DNA of 64,000 nucleotides, taken from positions 434,001-498,000 of the forward strand of contig JANJGN010000156.1 in assembly GCA_026770705.1 (NCBI GenBank), written 5' to 3'. Position 1 is the first letter of the stretch. Every line of letters begins with the position of its first letter. The notes beneath the pieces are model-generated. The model was given only the letters and a program-made list of their open reading frames with translations. It ran no database searches and was not told the DNA's origin. This document shows, one piece after another, positions 49,611 through 63,300 of the stretch. The position numbers and the translations under genes were made by a program. Source of the stretch: Isurus oxyrinchus. Taxonomy: Eukaryota.

Positions 49611-51449
49611 TAGCAAATGCAGATATTGGAAATCTGAAGTAACAACAGAAATTCCTGTTATGCTCTCCAGACACTACTGCTTCCTGGGAGAGAGAAAATC
49701 TCAATCTTTCAGCTCTGTAAACCAAAGGTGTTGTCTGAGCTGCTGAGTGAAGCCAGCATTTTCTAAACGCTGAAAGTCCTATGTTTTAATTATAGCTTGG
49801 TCCCTAGGTTCATGCCAATATTCAAAGCAGAGATTCAGCAAGATTACTGTATACTCTCTGTAATCAGTGATGAGGAGAAACCTATTCAACAAATGTTTAT
49901 GTATCTTTGAAGTGCCCTAACACAGGGGATTGTGAGAGCTCAATATATTTAAACCTGAGATCAATATATTATTGAATACTGAGGGGATAAGAGGATATGA
50001 GAATAGCCCTGCGCCTATCCATCAGTCTGATGGGAAAATGAAAATGTTGCACATAGAGATCAAAGAGAGGGAAACAGAGAGACAAACAGACAGACATTCA
50101 AAAGGTAGAGAATGACGGGCAGAGACATGCGTCGCAATATTTTTGCTTCATTAGTTGGACATGGCAAAGAGAAAGACTTCCAGAGAAACAATGACACGCT
50201 CAGAAAATAGTTCAGGAAGTAAGACGCACACATAATAAAACACGTTTAAAGTGGAGATAGATTTCAATACGAGGAAGTAAGCAATGTTATTACGAACTTT
50301 TGGAAGACAAATATGGAAAGTCGCTACACTGTAAAAGCAAGGTTTTTGTAAAGTGTGGATGGGCAGTGAGACATTTCCCTCCATATACACAACGCCCATA
50401 ATGTAGCTCAATAAGCATATTGACTATTTTGGTTTCTAATTGGAGAAAGAGCATGTTAAGCCACCGGGGTCATGCTAGAACTTGAAGTCCTGCATTTACA
50501 CATTCGTAAGCAGTCTTGTTAGTTTTGTTCACCACTCTTCAGCAAGGCATCAGAAAGGGGCTCGAGAACGTTCACTGGGGCGTTTTCAAGGATGAAATTG
50601 TTATATTATGAGGTGTTGTTGGACAACCCCGGGTTGTTATACTTTGGACAAAACATTTTGAAAAATCACCAAATAGTGGTTTTCCACATCATGCGAGATT
50701 TGGGGAGGGTAAACAAGGAAAAAATCCCCTCTGTGTGTTGATCAATAACTAAAGGTCATGGATTCAAATTCGATGACAAAAGTTATGCAGATGACGGGAG
50801 CCGAGAGATTTCCACTCGGAGTTGGTGGGATCTGGAAGGCTTGACATGAATAGGTGTCAGAAGATATTTTCGTGAATAATTTTAGATAGAAATTGTAAAA
50901 ACCTTTGCAGACGAGCATCTTAGAAAACCAGAATAAACAAGAACAACGCAGGAGCAATTAACAAAAACAACACACACATGCACAAATACAAGCGCACGGA
51001 AAATTTGCCTGCACATACCGTTGGGCACATCTAATTAAGCTTAAAGTGACATCGACAATGTGAGAGAGGGAGAAAAAGAAGGGTGGCAAGCCTAACCCGT
51101 GGCTTGGGAGGTGAGGATTGTTGTTTCTGACCATCTGCACTGACCCTTGCTGATTGTGTTTACTTCTGCGATGTGTTGAATTGTAGGAATTGAAGAGGGA
51201 AGATCAAAACCCACAGAGATGGATCTTGCGAATGGGTAAACAATTCCATATGATGTTTGTTGTTGGAAATTGTGATGTTAACCCTTTTAAAGCAAGAAGG
51301 CTCATTGGCGGAAATATTCCAAACTGTGAGTATCACAAAAATAGCGGAGTAAGATAGAAATGCTACACAAATGTTCAGTTGGTCTAGGTGCAGTGCTGAG
51401 CGGGAAGCAATGATCGTAAGATAAAGGAAAAACAGTACGGAGGCTGGAA

Positions 51450-51655
51450 ATATGAAACAAAAACAATCAGTGGTGAAAGAACTCAGCATTTCTGACAGCA
51501 TCTATGGACAGAAAGGCAGAGTTAACTTTTAGACACCATATGACTTACTCAGAACGTTCTGAGGAAGAGTCATATGGAGCTGAAACGTTAGCTCTGCCGT
51601 TCACTTCACAGTTGATGTCAGTAGTGTTGACTTTTTCCAGCACTTTTTTTTTTGG
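51450..51655. mobile_element. Head-to-head Penelope pLTR palindrome centred on AGAACGTTCT
   Basis: ggcagagttaac..catatgact..ctcagaac | gttctgag..agtcatatg..gttagctctgcc. Confidence 0.75.
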
Positions 51656-52559
51656 TATCCATTTATATCGTCTTCTTTTCTTCTCTTCCTGACAATCTGA
51701 ACGACCTCGGAATTCTGCATGTTGTCTTTATTCTGTCAATTGTTTCCCAACGCAATGAAGCGATTAAAACCCCTTTTCAGACCCGTTGCATCGTCCCCAC
51801 AACTTAATATCCTATCTACCTTTGTATGTTAACGAATTTAGCTCAAACCAAGTCTGATCCTTCATCGAATTGATTGAGACCAATCATAAATAGTGAAGAC
51901 CCTGCAGGTATTCCCGTGGCCCTCCAGTATGTGCAATTTGTGATCCTGAAATTGGTCCATTTATCACAAGTCTTTGTGATCTGTTAGTTGTTCAGCCCAT
52001 TTCCATTGCTAACATATCATCTCTTCCCCATCCTCACTGCCTCACTGCCTACTTTTTATATATTAAGCTTTAATGTGGTACCATACAAAATCTGTTTTGG
52101 GAGCCCAGATGCTCTACATCTGCTAGTAATCTATTAGCCACCCTCATTGTTACATCCTGATCGAGCTTTACTAAATGCATCATTCACATTTCCCTGTCAT
52201 TCTGTCACTGGCTGATTGAATTATGTTTTCTTCCCTTCATTTCCTGTTTCTTCATCCATAAAAATGCATTCTGGCAGTTTCACAATGAGTGATATTAGGT
52301 TAACTGGTCTGATGTATGTTTCCGTCCTTTGAGTATTGAAGCTGCAGTCACAAAGACTCAAAAAGTTAACCAAGCTTCTCTCTCCGCAGATGCTATCTAT
52401 CTTGCTGCATTTTCCCGGCACATTTTGTTTTTGATTCAGACATTACCCACAGCCTGGAACGAGTGGAAATAAGGTTGGGGGAGGAGGGGAGGAGGGAGAT
52501 GTTCTTGAATGCAATGTTTTACAGCATTTTGGAAACATTTTGTGCCTTCAAAATATTCT

Positions 52560-54035
52560 GGCATTAGTAAAGAATTCTTGTGCCCAAGAAATTGTCAGAC
52601 GTCTAGAAAAGCTGTTCCAGTACAGCGACAACACGGCAATCTACGCAGCTATATGGAAGGTTGCCCAGGTATGTCTTTGACACAAAAAGCAGGGCAAATC
52701 CACCCCAGCTAATCACGACCCCCACCAGTCTACACTGGTCATCAATAAAGCAACGGGAAGGGTCATCAACAGTGCTATCAAGTGGAAATTGTTTAGCAAT
52801 AACCTACTCACCGACTCGCAGTTAGGGTTCCGCCAGGGCCACGCAGCCTCTGGCCTCATTGCACCCTTGTTTCAAAAACAAGCAAGAGAGTAGAACTCCT
52901 GAGCTGAGGTGAGTGTCAGTGCCCTTGACATCAAGGCAGCACTTGCCCGAGTGTGGTGTCAAGGAGCACTGGCAAAATTGGAGTCAATGGTTATCATGTG
53001 GAAAGCTGACCTCTGGTCGGAGTCTTACCAGACACAAAGGAAAATGTTTCTGGTTGTTAGAGGTCACTCATCTCAGCTCCATGTCATCAGCCCAGGAATT
53101 CCTTAGGATAGTGTCCTAGAACCAAGCTTCTTAAATTGCTTCTTCAAAGATCTTCCTTGAATCGTAAAGTCAGAAGTGGGGATGGTGCCAATGATTGCAC
53201 AATGTTCAGCACCATTCTCGACACATCAGGTACTGAAGTAATCCACGTCCAAATGCAGCAAAACATGAACAACATTCCGGCTTGGGCTGACGAGTGGCGG
53301 GCAATGCTCAATTCCAACAAGAGATAATGCAACCATCGCGACTTGATGTTCAATGCCATTACCATCACTGAATCCTCCATTATCAACATTGACCAGGATT
53401 GGAACCGGACCTGCCACGAAAATACTGTGGCAACAAGAGCAGGTCCAAGGATAGAAATCGTGCTACCAGTAGCTCACCTCTTGCCTTCCAAAGCATCATC
53501 TACAAGGCACAAATAAGGGGTGTGATGGAACACTCCCCACTTGCCTGGGCGAGTGCAGCACCCACAACAGCCAGGGAGCTTGACACCATTCAGGAAAAAG
53601 CATTCCCCTTGATTAGCATCACACACGCAAACAGTCACTCTCCCCCCACCCCCACCAAGGACACACAGTCGTAACAGCGTGTGCCATCGATAAGATACAC
53701 AACAGGAATTAACCAAGGCTCCTTCGACAACACTTCCCAAACACACAAATATTAACATTTGGAAGTACAACTGCAGCAGTTAAACGGGAACAACACCACA
53801 TGGAAGTGTCCCTTCAGGTCACTCAACATCCTTGCTTGGAAAAGAAGCACTCTTCCATCACTGTCGCTGGTTCAAAATTCTATAATTCCCTCCCTCACAG
53901 CACTCTGCCTGTACGTTCACCACATGGACCTCACTGTTTCAAGAATGCAAGTCACCACCACCTTTCAAAGGCAACGAGGTGGGAGAATAAGTACTGGCAC
54001 AGCGAACGAAGACCACATCCCGTGATTCAATAAAA
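52560..54035 (+). mobile_element. CR1/L2-group LINE, RT and 3' UTR
   Basis: QLGFRQGHAA, ALDIKAALARVWCQGALAKLESM, IYKAQIRGVMEHSPLAW; ends cacatcccgtgattcaataaaaaa. Confidence 0.85.
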
Positions 54036-55686
54036 AATAAAATGTTGACCACAAAGGCAGAAGTATCAAACATTGCCTGAAAAGTAGAATATCACATAAA
54101 GCGCACAGGGACAACACAGTGGGAGGCGTATTTATTGTTAGTCATAAGCAAGAATTGTAGAGGAATATAGGAAGGGCAGCGGACACCTTGCAAAACATAG
54201 GTACTTGATACTGAAGGCATGGCAGAAATGCTGGAAAGGCAATTTCTGTCAGGGGGTGACTGTAGAAAGAGAAACAGAGTTAACTCTCCAAGCCTGTAAC
54301 ATTTCATCAGAACCCAAAACGTATTTTATTTTTCTTCCTTGTCTGACCTGTTAACTTGCCTATAATCTCACCATGTAGTCTCACGAAGTTGGCTTTTTAT
54401 GTATATTGATGCCCCTCCTGACTTGCTCCCCTGCCCACCATCTGCTGCTTGACCTGTTTCCATTTCCAGCATTTTCTACTTTGTTTCAGAAATCTGTCCT
54501 TTTTGTTTCAGATTTACTGCACTATCCACAGTATTTATTTTCTTCTTTGTGTTCGCATGACCTAATGTACGGGAGCATTAAACATCATCCAAGAATAATG
54601 CGGAATAGTCGCTGGGGGTCTAAAAGGCCAAGGTCTTCCTTGCCACATTTCCCAATCTCTTATCTGCTATTGTAACCTAACGGCCCAGTACATTATGCTC
54701 CTTTTCATTGTAGGAGCTCGAAAATTAGCTACAAATTTGCCTCAGGCCGCTGTAGAGAATTGGTAGAGGATCTGGAGGCATTTCACAGGACTTCCTGATG
54801 TTCAGTTCCACTGACTGCAATATCAGAGGTGGACCCGCCGGTCCAATTTTGCGCCCCTACCATTTGTTTTTTTTCAGCTGCCCAATATTTAATTTGAATC
54901 TTTATATTTCCGGAAATAGCTGCCAAATGTTATTCAACACTGCCCATGCCTCGTGCAACTCATGTGATGCCGCTGGCCCGTTAGGCTTTGCTTATACTTC
55001 TCCTCATTCTGCAAAGTTTCAGTAACGAATTACACAGCAATTCGGAAAAGAATATTGAATGAGATATTGGTCGTTATCATTTATAAATGCACTTTGAACA
55101 CCTCACGCTTAAACAGGCTGCCTGGACGGAAGGTGCAAAAGAAAGTCTTTCACCTATTTCACAAAACGCTCCGCTTTGGCAAAGCTAAATCAGGCATACA
55201 TCCCAGAATGTGGCAGAGGGATTTTCCGGTGACATTGAGGCACCTGGGAGATTCTTTGGGAATGCTTTGTAGCAAGTGGAAGCTCTGGGAGCCGCATGAT
55301 TGGTTCTTGAAGCATATGTTTTACAAATTACCTTTCAATGATTTTCCAAAACTTCACCTGTCGCCAGAGTAATTTCCATATTAAGGAGAGTTAGCAAGGT
55401 TCTAAACGGAAAACAACCAGATATCGTTTAATGAGCAGCTCATTTTTAAAAGCGAGTGAGAAGTCTGCGATAATGAAATAAATTTCAAGGACGCTCATAT
55501 TTTATTAAATGCATAGAGCCTCGCCTCCCGCGCCTAATTTGCTGTTCTGCTGGTATTAGTGATTTACTCCAAAGTCTCTGTGATTATATAATGACGGTGC
55601 AATCAGAAAGTTATTAAAATACCTTATAGCGGCCAAAACTGTCATGAAGTCGAACAATTTTTCATCAACAGGATTCTCCGACTGAC

Positions 55687-55786
55687 CAGGAACACCAAAG
55701 GTTGCGAGAAGAGGATAGAACATGTCCTTTATCAGGAGGATTGCCGCTTGTAAAATTTTATCAAGAACAGGTGCATTCTGATCCAA
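55687..55786 (-). pseudogene. GPR139-like GPCR coding exon 1, start codon reads TTG
   Basis: (L)DQNAPVLDKILQAAILLIKDMFYPLLATFGVP + G|GTCAGT phase-1 donor, same structure as 6107-6176. Confidence 0.75.
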
Positions 55787-56624
55787 CTGAAGTGCATGTT
55801 AGACTCATTAACAAACGCATTTTTTTTTTTTGGTTACTCGATGCCCGAGCACGGAAAAATGAAACATCGTTTTACTTGCAGTCACTGAACAATTGTTGGT
55901 AGATTTTCTGCTTCAGCGCACCCGGGAGCAGCAATTGGGAAATGGCACATCTCAGTTCATGAACGTCCATCCTTTACAATCACGAAATGGAATGTACTAC
56001 AGGCGCAGAGTTAATGCTTAATGTGCACAGGCCAAATCTCTTGAGTGCAAGTTCCTCCTGGACATTGGGTTAAACACTTGAGGGTGGATGCTCAACAGAA
56101 ATTTTGAACAGTGTAATCATTCACTCTATATTTAAAATTAGATCTTTCTGTTATTGGCGCCAACGCTACACTAACGTTTTTGTTAGCAACCCAAATTTAG
56201 CTTTATTGATGCTGATCCTATTCTAACTTTATTGCGTATGATGCTATTGTGGTATTAATATTCCTGAACCTACTGTATTATTGCTGGTAGTGAGTAATCT
56301 CTTTGATCACAAACGTAAATGGAAGTTACACTAGGCTAACATTCCAGACTGGGACCCTTTTTAAAATCAAGATGATTCGAATCCTGTCGTGTTCTGTGAT
56401 GTCCCTCCATCTCTACAGACTTGCAATGTTCGTTCGTGGATGATATTACCAAGACATGAATGCAAAAAAGACTCACGAGAATGTTTCCACGATATGAATG
56501 GTTGAACAATCAGACAAACTGATCAAGCAAAAGGCTGACATAGTCATACACACTGAATCGTTGCAATATTCTAGAAACCATTGCAGGCCATGTCCTGCTC
56601 CACCAGCAGGGCCAACAACACCAC

Positions 56625-56788
56625 NNNNNNNNNNNNNNNNNNNNNNNNNNNNNNNNNNNNNNNNNNNNNNNNNNNNNNNNNNNNNNNNNNNNNNNNNNNN
56701 NNNNNNNNNNNNNNNNNNNNNNNNNNNNNNNNNNNNNNNNNNNNNNNNNNNNNNNNNNNNNNNNNNNNNNNNNNNNNNNNNNNNNNNN
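56625..56788. other. Assembly gap (164 N)
   Basis: Run of n. Confidence 1.
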
Positions 56789-58299
56789 CGTGCATTAAAC
56801 AAGGAGTTAGCTTTGGAGTACACAAAATTGTATCTTGGACCCCATGAAGTCTCGTAAAACCACTGCAAACAACAACAAGGAAACCTCCCACAGATTAGCA
56901 CCTACTGATTCCTTAAATTTCTTTAGAATTCTTTCTAGGTCATCGTTGCCAAGTTCAGCAATTGTTTGTCCATCTCTAATTGCCATTGACAAACTATTGA
57001 TGAACAGCCTTCCTGAATCACGACAGTCCATTCTGTGGGAGTTTAGTTCAATCGAATGACTTGCGAGGGGACAGTAAATAGTGAAACACATTGCCAGGCG
57101 TTTCGACTGACAAGGAGACCAGGCTAGCTCAGGTCGGGGGATGCCCTTTGCTACTGATGGTCATTAGCAAACTTTGTGCATATTGAATATATTTTGCATC
57201 GGATGGGAGGAGTGTGCAGCTCATCCAAGCCCTCTATTCCACAGGTCCTACCATTCATGCAAATGTATAATTCATGTTGCATCAACGTTTTACTTAATTT
57301 ACAGGGCCTCCATCCAATTCTGCCAAGCTTCTTGGCCTTCCAAGTTGCAAAGTTACATTAAATATTAAGCCCCTTTTCCTTGCCATCCTGCAGCCATGCC
57401 TCTGTAATGGCTGCCAGAACACACATATGGAATTCGATTATTAATGTCAATTCTCTGTTTTTTTCATGAACGTCATGTCCTGATCATCATTTCCTTCTCA
57501 CGACCGTGTCATTTTGCCTTGGCTTCTCTACTTGTTTTATCACATCTTCCAAAATCTGACCCATTGCCCACACGATTTAATATAAAGCTCCTTCCAATGG
57601 CCAAAGTATATGCCTTGGCAGAACGCTCGTGCCATCTAGTTTCAGGTAAAGACTTCTCGAAAGATACAGCTACCACTTTTCTGTAATGCCTGTAAGATTA
57701 TGGATGTTTATGTCTATTTGTGCTGCCAATATTTTTGTTTGTTTATGAACGCATTGTGAATTCGGACACAGAGCTTTTACTTCATGTTTTTGTAACTTCA
57801 AGCCTTATCATAAGGAAATGGACCTTCCCCATTCGTGGCACACTCTGTCCATCAAATTCCGCATTACCTCATCTAAGATGCCACATCAAAGGAAATAACA
57901 AAAAGTATAAGTTCATGGCGTAGCGTTAACAGATTAGTCTCCATACTAGGTTGTTCTACCCGGAAAAAACAAAGTATTATGCATCGAATTTTCGTTTTTT
58001 TTTCTGACAAACCAGATGTGACGAGTGGATTGCAGCAGGCGTTAATGCTGGAGCCTTAACCTTTTCAGTGCTCATCAGTGACATGGATGTGGCGAGTGAA
58101 GGTGTGGTACCTAAATTTGACAGATTATATATAGGTTGAGTAACTGGCCAAAAATATGGCAGAAAGAGTGTTTTATATTCATTCATGGGAGATGGATGTC
58201 GCTCGCCATCGCAGCACAGGTATGGATGGAATTTGAACACTGGTCCCCAGACCATATTCCTTTTTTATGCATTATTGGCCCAGCGACAACACCAGTGTA

Positions 58300-59040
58300 C
58301 CATCGTGTGTGGGAAAATGCGAAGTTGTACGGCTGCAGCATTCTGAGTGCAGAGGAGTCTACGTGTTCTCATGCTTGTGTAGGAGGAGATTAGCATGCAG
58401 GTACAACAAATAAATAAGAGAGCTCATGGAATGATGTGCCATGTTATGAGAGGAATACAGCATGGGAGCAATAATGTTATTCCTCAGTTCAGTATGGCAT
58501 TGGTGAGACCGCATCTCAAGGATTGCTTGCAAATTTGGTCTCCTTGTTTCAGGAAGGATGTACATGAATTGGTAACGTTTCAGAAGGGGGTCACTGAATT
58601 GATGCCTGGAATGTGCGAGTTTTCAAACGAGGAAATGCTCGACGGTCCGGGCCTGTTTCTACTGGAGATTTCAAGAGTGACTGGTGACTTGTTTGAAGAA
58701 TTTGATATCCTGAACCATCGAGAAAATGTCGACGTAGAAAAGATGATTCCACTTGTCATTGAATCCAGAACTTGGGGACTTTTTAATCTTTGTACCGACT
58801 ATTTAGGACAGAGATGAGGAGATTTGCTTTCTCCCAGACTCTGGTGGAAGCGAATTCATTGTACCTGCTATGGCAGAGGTAGATGGCTCCGTGTTAAGAA
58901 AATAAATCAAACATTGGCGGTATTGCTTAGAATGTAGATATCGAAACAAAACCATATCAGCCATGATTTTATTGAAATGTAGAGCAGGCTCAATACGCTG
59001 AACGGCCAACCTGTGCTCATATTCAGAATGTTTGTATGGT
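58300..59040 (+). mobile_element. CR1 LINE 3' fragment
   Basis: ORF 58395-58817 ALVRPHLKDCLQIWSPCFRKDV..LMPGM. Confidence 0.85.
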
Positions 59041-60306
59041 TTTCTGTTCTCGCTTGAATAACTTTGTGTACGATGCTCAATTTATTCCCCCATCCTGAAT
59101 CCACTATACCCATCCATATAGGCTGCAAGAGCATCGAAACTCTTGGACAATTGAAAAGCTGAGGCTCCAACACTTCAACCTTCTTGGTAATCACACCAGC
59201 ATCACTTGCAGTCATATCCTCCTGCCCTTGCCACTAATCCAATCAGAAGATGCTATCCCAAATTGTGTGACTGACTACTTGTAAGTAAGGCAGGAATATC
59301 CTGCACCACCAGCAGGCCGGATCATCCACCGCTATATTCCACTATATTCCCTGTGGCGGGCTCCTTTACAACGGGTTTGGAAAGCCCCACCATCCAAGTA
59401 AATATTCCCTTCCATGTAGCATAGCAGTGTTTGCAGGTCGACCTCCAGGTCACTGACAATGCGTCCAATTGCCTCGAGATTTAGACAGACAGTACAGGCA
59501 ATAACGCCCTGGGTCACTCTGTTTACCAGAAAATCACATATTCTGCAGTCGCAACATATAACCTGCCATGCTTTCTTTATTTTGTATAATAAATAATTTC
59601 TTAATTAATTTGTAAGTAATGAACACTGCTTCAATGAAATTTGTAAACATTACTACAACTATCGTGTCCTTGCAATTTCTCACAAAGCACATCAGTCTGA
59701 AAATGAATAAATGTGTGATGTCACACTTTGATTTCTCTAAGAATGCGACTGCTCCATTCTGGAACCTCTGAAAGGAATGGATTGGAAAAAAATTCTAATT
59801 TGCCTTGATGTCCTTTTTCGCATGCATTTATGTGCGCTTCTTACCTCCACATGGTTTTGTTTTTACCATATCTGCTAGGTGGCAGTTAGTGCTGTTAAGG
59901 CCTCATCCACCTCCCCCCACTCCCCCACACCCCCCCCCCCCCCCCCCCTTCCACCACGTTGGATATTGCATTCGGGTCTTCATTCGTCTGTTCTAAAATG
60001 TTTCATTACGAGGCATGTCTACATTTTAATTTTTGTGCACTAGCCACCTGTTTAGTGTCTGTCAGGCCCTTCGTTTTCAACAATCGTCCACTATTTTTTT
60101 TCTCGTAATTGCAATGCATGTGCCAGTTATGTTTGAACTTTATCAGTGACATTGCCATGTCCTCTGTTCCCTTTTTAATTTTCCTTGCTTGCTTTCAACT
60201 ACAGTTCTTTCATCAGACATTTATCAGAATGCATCTCTCAGTATCTGATTCAGAATTAAATTGACTTGCTTGGGTCGGTAGATTTGGCATTCATACCCAA
60301 TTTGTT

Positions 60307-63300
60307 TTGCGATGAAATTATATATTTTTCACAATTCTTTTCTCCTTTATTGTAAAGTACATTTATACGGGTAAATATAGATCGTTTTCTGTGTTAATTA
60401 ATTACATTTGTAATCAAACAGGTTACAGGCTTTAAAACATCAAAAGATGCAGTTGCTTCATAACTAAAGAGTAACCATTGACGCTGCATTAGCATGTAAG
60501 GTATGAAGGGAATTTGCATTTTTAGATAAATTAAGGATTAAATGATTTTAAAAGCATGTTAGTGTGTTTAAAATTACCGAGGTAATCAATGCAAGTGCAT
60601 GCGTTTAATTTTTGCAGACATTGCTGAAAATATATGTTGGCAATATAAATGTTTTAATGTTATGAGGAATATAGAAATTCAAAGACATATGGAACAACAA
60701 ATCCTACATATTTATAAGATCCGAACATATATACAGGTGAACGAAAGGTTATGTGGTGGGTGAAAATTCCAACAGAACTGAGTGAAATAGACGTAATGAC
60801 ATCTCCAGAATTTTTTCATAAGTCTGCTATATAACGAAATGGAAGTCGGGGAAGATTAATTTTGAATTGCACTGTCCCGTTGGTGTTGGGTAAATTTGCG
60901 TTTCCTATTTCAATTCAGAATGTTGTTTTGGACTGCTGCCTTAAATGAAGTACATTTGGGAGTCATGCTATCCTGGAATTTGACGAGTTATTGTGGAAAG
61001 TATTTTTTCCTATGACGTGCATGCTTGAAATCATTTGTATCTTGCTTAGAAATGGTTGATTTTTTTCTACATCTCAAAATTCTTTGTGGATTCATTACTT
61101 TTGAATTCAGTGCACACAGCTTGCAGTAAATATAAATGGTAACTCATTTCTGATAGCTTGATCAAGATTCCATCGTGGATTTGGTCCGCGGTTACACATC
61201 TTCAGTCACTTCATAAAATATTAGGATTGTTTTGCCGAATATTTGAAGGTCCTTGATTGGTTTGGAGTTGGTGAATAGAAAGTGTATGATTACAAGAAGC
61301 ACATTGAATTCAGGAGTTGTGGGACTGATTTTAACGAGATAAAACTACACACAATGGCTGCATCCATAAGTAAAACTTTTCTGGGAGTAGAAACTATAAT
61401 TGTGATGGCGTTACAAAAAATACCAAAGTGCAAGTTAACAGAATTGTTGAATACATTGCTTTTGAGGCTATAGGTAGCAACAAAGCAGACAGGTATATTT
61501 TAAGTTAAACTCCTGAAGGCATGGCATAGAGCAAAATCTATGAGCCTGACAATATTCCAGCAACAGTCCTGATTACTTGTGCAACAGAACTTGCAGCACC
61601 CCTAGCCAAGCTGTTCTAGTAGAGCTACAGCATCGGCATCTATCTGGCTATGTGGAAAATTGCCGAGGTATGGCCCAGCATTTGAAGTTGGAAGTCATAC
61701 ATGACACGAGCTAGTCAAAGCTGGAGAAAGTCAGACTTATGATACAAATGAATAATTATAAATTTGAACCAGCAATGGAAATTCATTTTTAAAATAAAGC
61801 TGGGACTGAAGATAATATAAAAAGAAGGGGCAGAGAAAGAAAGAGAAACATAAAGTGTATTTAAAAGATAAATGAAAATGTGAAAATTCGACCTTCAGAG
61901 AGAAAAGGGGGCAATGGAGAAAAAGAAGGAGGGAGAATGAGAATGCCAGTTTAACATCTGGACTAAAAAGCATAGACCTGAGCTGACGAATGTTTCCATG
62001 ATGAGAAAAACTTCAAACTAAAACCCACTGGGGAGAGGTTCAAATTCGTGCAAAATCTTCCGAATTTTGAGGACGGGGATGTAGAGGCGCTCTTAATTTT
62101 ATGTCAAAGGATAGCTAAGAATATTTAAAGGCCACAAGAACATTGTGCGTTCTTTTACAGAATATGTGTACTGGGTAGACCTCATGGTGTTTGTACTTCA
62201 CTGTCAGAAGAATTTAATTGGATTACGTTGCAGTAAAACAGGTTTTTTTGAGTGCAGAAGAATTGGTTCCTGGGGGGTACAAGCAGAACTTTCGCAAGAA
62301 AAAAACGCTCTTAACAAACTTATATTGTGTTTGAGATCGTAAAAAAAGTTATTTTGATCTGTGGATAAGTGCATTAAAAGTAAAGACAACACAGGTGTCT
62401 CTAAGAGAAATAATCCTTTCGGAAAAATTTTGAGATTCGGTCCCATTAGTCGGGAGTAGTCATGTGAAAGAGCAAAGCCTTAAAGCACTATAACAAGCAA
62501 CAGAGATATCTGATGTTTTTCAGTTAGTTCATAGATATAAGCCTTTATTTCGTAAGGTTTTATAAAATCAGGGAACCACAGAAAGTCAGAAGCTGAAATG
62601 AATGCAAGTAATAAGGGAAGAGAAGGTGTATTTGGGAATTCCTAGGGAGTTTTGTCACATAACACAAAAGGAAGGTTCTGAGTATGAAAGCAGCCCATGG
62701 AACCTGTGGTATCTTCATTGTAACAAATTTGGGCATACGAAGACAATGCACTGGAGATTAACGAGAAAAGCTGCTGCAATAACTGGAATGCAGAAAAATC
62801 CTGGAATTAAGTGTACCGTGGTTCTTGTGGTCCAGACACAGGAAGAAAAACAAAGGACAAAAAAACAGTGGTTTGCATACAGATAAAACAGGAAGGATCA
62901 GTGATGCATAAAGAAGTAGGAGTGTGTTAACAACTTACCCCGGGGGAGCTCTGAATTCCTGATTGCAGAACTGTTTAAACGTTTTGTATGTGTAGGGTTA
63001 GTTTTTACATTTGTGCAGCGTGGAGCAGGTCAAAATATTCATATATTAAGGGACACAGGGGATAGTCAATACGAACTGATATTGGGTAGTGTTATTTGTA
63101 TCTCAAGGGGAGCATTGCAGGAACAAATGTTAATAAGCGGGGCTGTAGAGATGCTAAACATTTTCCCTGCCGGAAGTTAAATTTAAACAGTGTATCCGTA
63201 AAAGACGAGGAGATTGTTGGAGTGCAAAATTTTCCATTGTGGAGGTACACTTTATTTTAGATCATTATATAGCTGGGCAGCTGGGATGGGTGAAGCATAC

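Noticed and set aside
56473-56901. ORFs spanning the N run
   Set aside because: Artefacts of the assembly gap
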